Positions 59,301-64,000 of a stretch of 64,000 nucleotides of DNA are shown piece after piece. Each line of letters begins with the position of its first letter. Positions within the stretch are counted from its first letter, which is position 1. Origin of the DNA: Fistulifera solaris (lineage: Eukaryota); assembly GCA_030295235.1 (NCBI GenBank), contig AP026124.1:1798001-1862000 (forward strand), in the 5' to 3' direction. The notes under the pieces were generated by a model. That model was not told where the DNA came from and did not search any database. It saw only the letters and a list, made by a program, of their open reading frames with translations. A program made the position numbers and the translations under genes.

Positions 59301-61384
59301 CAGCCGCAAAACGGCAAGCAGAAGCAGCTTCGAAGATGAAAGCCGAACAAGAGGCATTACTTAGACAAGAGAAGGAAAGAGAGGAAGCGCGAAAACGAGA
59401 AGAGCAAGTAAAGCGTGAAGCGATCAAGGAAAGAGAGCGACTGCAAAAAGTAGAAGAGCAAAGGAAAAAAAGAAGCTGAGGATCGTCGCCTACGAGAAGA
59501 AGAACAACAACGTCTTGCGGAGCTCGAAGCTGAAAAACTCCGGGTTAAAAAAAGAGATTAAAAGAAAACAAGATGAAGAGCGACGACTTCAAGAAATTGA
59601 AGAAAGCAGACGCTTAAGGGCAAGACAGCTCGACGAGAAGAAAGCAGTTGTAATGCATTCTGAATGGAAGGAGAAAGCGGATATATATAGAAAGGAGCTT
59701 TTCTTCAAGCGTATGATAAACCGAATACCTCAAAAATTAATAATTGCAGAGAAAACCGTAAACAGCTTGGAGCTTCTCTACGGAAAAATGTCAGATAAGC
59801 AAGAAACGATATTGATTGAAGACACTTGCTTGTACCCACCGCCTCAAAAAGGGCTTCGAAGGTCTGTGGAATTTTTGATAGCCAACCAGACGTTTCTCGA
59901 TGTTAGCAGTATAATTGAGGAAGCTATGATTAAACCTTGGAAGCGTCCTGACATACACTCAAATAAAGGATTCCGGAGAAAGATCTGTTATATTCTAAAG
60001 ATTTCAGTGCGTGTGCTTTCCTGCGAAGACCGTGCGATGCGTGAGCTTCTAAAAAAATGGTTGGAACTCAATTTTCATTTCGGAAGGATCTATTCGTCGA
60101 CAAGAGAAATTTTTGACATTCGTCTTGTTCTGGTTGATGCAACGGAAAAATCTATTGCAGAATCATCCGACGCTGCCATATTTTTTCTCCCTTCATCAGA
60201 TTCCAGCGAACGAAACATTCTTGATACCGCTGTTATGGTCAATAAATCATCCAAGGGCTTAACTGATCATACGCCTCTGATAGCTCTCATGATGACAGAG
60301 GAAGGCGGTGTCGATGAAACCACAAGGGCCCTGGTAGAATCCACTAGCTTCTCTCCAGTTCACGTTGAGAACGTTTTTCCGAAATCCCTGATAACCTACA
60401 AAGGGATTAGAAACTTCACTGACAACTGCTTTAGAAGAAGTTTCTCTGGAATCTGCAATTGTAGTGTCGCGAGTGTCGATTTCTCGATTGTGTCATCTCT
60501 GTGTCAACGAAATAGTTTGGCAGTCTTCGTTCATGGAGACCCAAGATGATATCCTGGCATCTGCTAGTAATGTGCTGGACCACCTCATCGAAGCGATTGT
60601 CTCATATTCTCAAAAAGTCAATAAAAGTTGGCCTCCGATGGAGTTTCTAGACGTATATGGAAATGTTCCAGACTATTTCGACGATGGGGTGCATTTACCA
60701 GCAAAATGGCACGAAAATCTGCGACGCTGCGTCATCGAACCGAAAGTGAAGATTTTACAAAGTTTGTTTAGGTGCAAGCTCAGCGTCGTCATTAAAAAAC
60801 TGCTGGCTGCCGCCCCTGCGGACGTTGTCAACGACTGCATGTCAATGCTAGACCAGCGGCTCTTTCGCCGTTGCTTTGAGAGGGCACTGTGCTGCGCAAT
60901 TGAAGCCGACGATGCGATACATCATGACGATGCCGATTGCGTTTTCCTTCCAAATGGTTCACTGAACGAACTTATTAAAGCAGCATCAAAGCGCTTGGAG
61001 GAACAAATCAAGCAGCAATCTGAGTCATCATCTCGTGTCTTGCGGGCTTTCGATGAATCCAGTTGGGGAACAATGACTTTGTCCCCTCTCAGCCGCAAGT
61101 CCGACTATTTCGGTTCGACCAAAACGCCTTGTGTAGTAAACGCCACGCCAGGATTCGATTCCAGTACGAAGATTGAAATATTATCGCAGAGTCAAAATCC
61201 TATTACCATGCTGTCCCCCCGACAAGAAGCGGACCAGGAAAGATTCTTTGTTTGTGTCAGAAAGCAAAGCTTTGACGAAAAAACTGAGAGCGATGGCACA
61301 AGGTGGTCTAGCAAAGATATGGTCGTTGGTCACACGACACTCTCGTCATTTTTGAAAGATGATACCATAAGTTCTAAATTTTAG
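56399..61384 (+). CDS. SAC3: SAC3/GANP (TREX-2 scaffold); introns 57791..57851 and 58512..58567; multiple frameshifts
   Basis: FG-rich N-terminus, LVGTCTFMCPDEE..RE, VKRFRRSAA, VRPPDVL, FIWDRTRMVRKDFTLQN, EPEMRGLYILL, long E/R/K coiled coil. Confidence 0.9.
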
Positions 61385-61567
61385 ATTTCAATGATGCTAT
61401 TAAGAACCGTCTTGACCGGATGCGTCGTCTCCAGCCCAGATAAATACGAGCTATACCCCCAGGAAACAACCTCGGTGTTGTCTTATATATCGAGCGTCTG
61501 CTTGTTACGGAGTATCATCCAAGCGCCTTACGAATGATTCATTTAGCATTATTTAAAAGGCGACGGA

Positions 61568-62982
61568 CTAGTAAAAGTCGTCACATGCATCGCTGTATTC
61601 ATCTTCTCCATCATCCGACCATAATAGGTGCGCCAATTCAGCTTCTCCTTCTCCACAAGCGGAAAGCATAGATAGCCACAGATCGGTCTTAGGCCTTGAT
61701 TGACCTTTCAGTGAGGGCTCATGCTGACATACCCCAGACAAAGCGATTTCGGGCGGCCCACGACACGGTAACCAAAAACCTCTCTCAATTTCACTCTCCA
61801 GCTGACCCGGGGCCCAGCAACTTGCTCCGACAAAAACGATATTTCGTCTCGATCCAATTGCCCCGCCAAGACTGCTTTTGCTGCAGAAAGAACGTCCCCG
61901 CCGAAATGCACGGATCGGTCCGAGTGGAATGCAGTGCTTTCATGCTCGTTCTCAAGTACCATCGGTAATAAATGGCCACCGATTTCTTCATTCGACTTTC
62001 CGGATGGACAGCCGTCCGCGACCTCTGCATCCGAGACGCTGTATAAAATTTGCACGGACATGTTAACAGGCCCTCCTTCTTTCACAGGATAATTACCGAA
62101 TGCCATCATTAAATCATTGGGGAGCGGCTTTAGTACTTCGTGCAAGGTAAAATTCCGATTTGATTGAGGAGAGGTGCAAATTCGATTAATTACAAGACCA
62201 TAGGTTCCATAGGGCGACTGACACTGACGGGACACATCCGTTTCACCGTCCTGGTGATCCAACAAACAGATGACAGTCCGCCGAAAGTACCCTTTCATAT
62301 GCGGATGGGCCACTAGGAAGGTCCCGGGTTTCAGATAGGCACGTGGTGTAAGCGGTAATGGATGTACGTGTTTGGCAGCTTGGTGGGGGTGTCGCTGTAT
62401 CATGCCTTTTCGCAGTCGTTCGGCCCATGAGATTTTTTTATTCATTTCTCGCAAGGCAAGAAACGCAACCTCACATCTCGTCTCTTCACTGTACATACTG
62501 GATGCAGCAACACTTCCCTCATTCGTGTGATCCCTGCCTTTTACCGAAGTGCAGCGAAATTCTCGACGAATAAGATCGCGTAGCTGAATTCCACTGTCAC
62601 ATTGCGAAGGGAATTGCATTTGTCGGATACCAAGTGTTCCCTTGCCGGAGATGAACTCCCGGAGAAGGCGGCGAAACAACTGATGATGTTCAGGAATAGG
62701 ATCTTCATCTTCCGTGTCACTATCAGTGATTGGTGGATTGCGGAGAACTTCATCCCATTCGTCATCTTCGAATCCAGTTCTGTGAACTAAACAACGAAGT
62801 GTTGTGGAAGCAACAGATTTATCATCAAAAGCTTTCGAGCTCTCGAGAAGCGAGCGATATAAGCGTCGATTAATGAGACGCTTGGCAAGCGATGCCATGG
62901 AGGTAAAGGTATTTGCAAGTAGCGCTTCGACAGCAACTCGGCCTTGCAAAAGTGCGAGGGGTTGCTTGTTTGTGAACATCAT
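61568..62982 (-). CDS. AlgH/YqgE (DUF179) domain protein (frameshift near 61835)
   Basis: GTFLVAHP..YFRRTVICLLDH, YGLVINR, GGPV; shifted frame gives VGASCWAPGQLESEIERGFW; likely start MASLAKRL at about 62898. Confidence 0.8.
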
Positions 62983-63796
62983 GGTCGTTATTTCATGCCG
63001 AAAAATCTTACCGGTACTAAATAAGTGGTTTGTGTTAAGGACTTTGTGTCCCTGTCCGTGTTCCGTGTCCCGCGAATGTTTCCCACCATGAGCCAGTGTA
63101 CTGTTTCTTTTATACTGAAACGGCTCGGCTCACGTCAGTACGGTACTCAAAGGGCAAGGAGACCCTAGTAAAAAAATAGCAGCTCCAACAGAAATCATTA
63201 TTATTTATTCACAGCGCACAGCAAAGGGCACAGGAGATCGTCAACGACCGACGACGACCCTCCGCTCAATTTTTCACCGCATTCGACCCAATGGCGAATT
63301 GATTCCTTTGAGAGCGTCTCTCTCTATCCAACACCGACGAAATAAAACACACCCGACAAACACAGAGAGGCCAGTCGTTCACGAAAAATTGCATTGGCTG
63401 TGTTCTGTTTTCGAACGGGAGAAAATCGGATAGAAGGGATTGTATTGTGGAGCTCAGTAATTGGCAATCGATCATCGTACTTTACGAGCCCAGTTTCTTA
63501 AAAGGCACGACAAGTGGTAGCTTATCGGTTATTTTGCTGAGAAAAGCCTATAAACTTACGGGGATATTCTTTTCTGAGCGTTTTGTCGAAACATCGAACG
63601 GTCTTTTGACATTTTCCTATCATATCCAACAATTGCTATCATCTATCACATATGGTATTGGAATCATCATCTTGAGGCGGTGCATCTGGGTTTCTATTCG
63701 AGAGCAAGATTGTCTCCTTTTTGACGCCTAAATCAAAAAGATAACGACGGGAACACACTATTATATAGTTTCTTTTCTGTAAAAGCCACACTCATC

Positions 63797-64000
63797 ATGA
63801 GTGAGCGCATGATCGAACTCCAGCGCGCTCGCTTACTAGCAAGCAAAGGGGCTGCGAATAGTGCAGCTGTATCTTCCGGCGCAGCAGGAACAAATGGATC
63901 GCAAATAATATCACCAGTATCTGGTGCTCCTGCTATGGGGTCTGAAAGCGTAGCGAGCCACCAGACACCGCAGGAAGCTGCCCTTGCCGCCATGCGAACA
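63797..64000 (+). CDS. 5' end of a gene running off the window
   Basis: Open frame MSERMIELQRARLLASKGAANSAAV..EAALAAMRT after an AT-rich leader. Confidence 0.5.
   Translation, partial: MSERMIELQRARLLASKGAANSAAVSSGAAGTNGSQIISPVSGAPAMGSESVASHQTPQEAALAAMRT

Noticed and set aside
18123..61840. Programmed ribosomal frameshifting or mass pseudogenisation
   Set aside because: Shifts occur in both directions at assorted homopolymers with no shared slippery motif, and the genes are otherwise intact; sequencing error is more parsimonious.
63733..63993. Minus-strand 86-aa ORF
   Set aside because: Antisense shadow of a more plausible plus-strand gene start at 63797.
1..64000. Autonomous transposon, viral or rRNA sequence
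   Set aside because: No transposase, reverse transcriptase, integrase, capsid or rRNA-like sequence recognised.

Overview
Gene-dense eukaryotic nuclear DNA, most consistent with a diatom or related photosynthetic stramenopile. This is inferred from short 60-100 nt GT-AG introns, compact intergenic spaces, bipartite signal+transit peptides and diatom-style protein families. The window holds about 34 protein-coding loci, mostly housekeeping (RACK1, DDX51, USP39, mL46, NDUFB7, NDUFC2, TOM7, V-ATPase D, BRX1, LAMMER kinase, deoxyhypusine synthase, insulinase, CSE1, SAC3), plus an intron-containing tRNA-Tyr. Many essential genes are broken by single-base indels in homopolymer runs, most likely consensus-sequence errors. 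The most notable non-coding signals are: (1) a probable dual-guide box C/D snoRNA in the unusually long BRX1 intron, antisense to 18S rRNA; (2) a dispersed family of arrays built on the palindrome CCAGA-N3/4-TCTGG, including a 16-unit minisatellite with 101-bp higher-order structure; (3) two recurrent intergenic palindromes, TACCWGGTA and TCAYGACTG-N5-7-CAGTCRTGA. Notable proteins include a VLK/POMK-like type II membrane kinase, a PEX26/APEM9-like candidate and a Tat-targeted glyoxalase-fold protein. All family assignments come from motif recognition by eye; no database searches were run.
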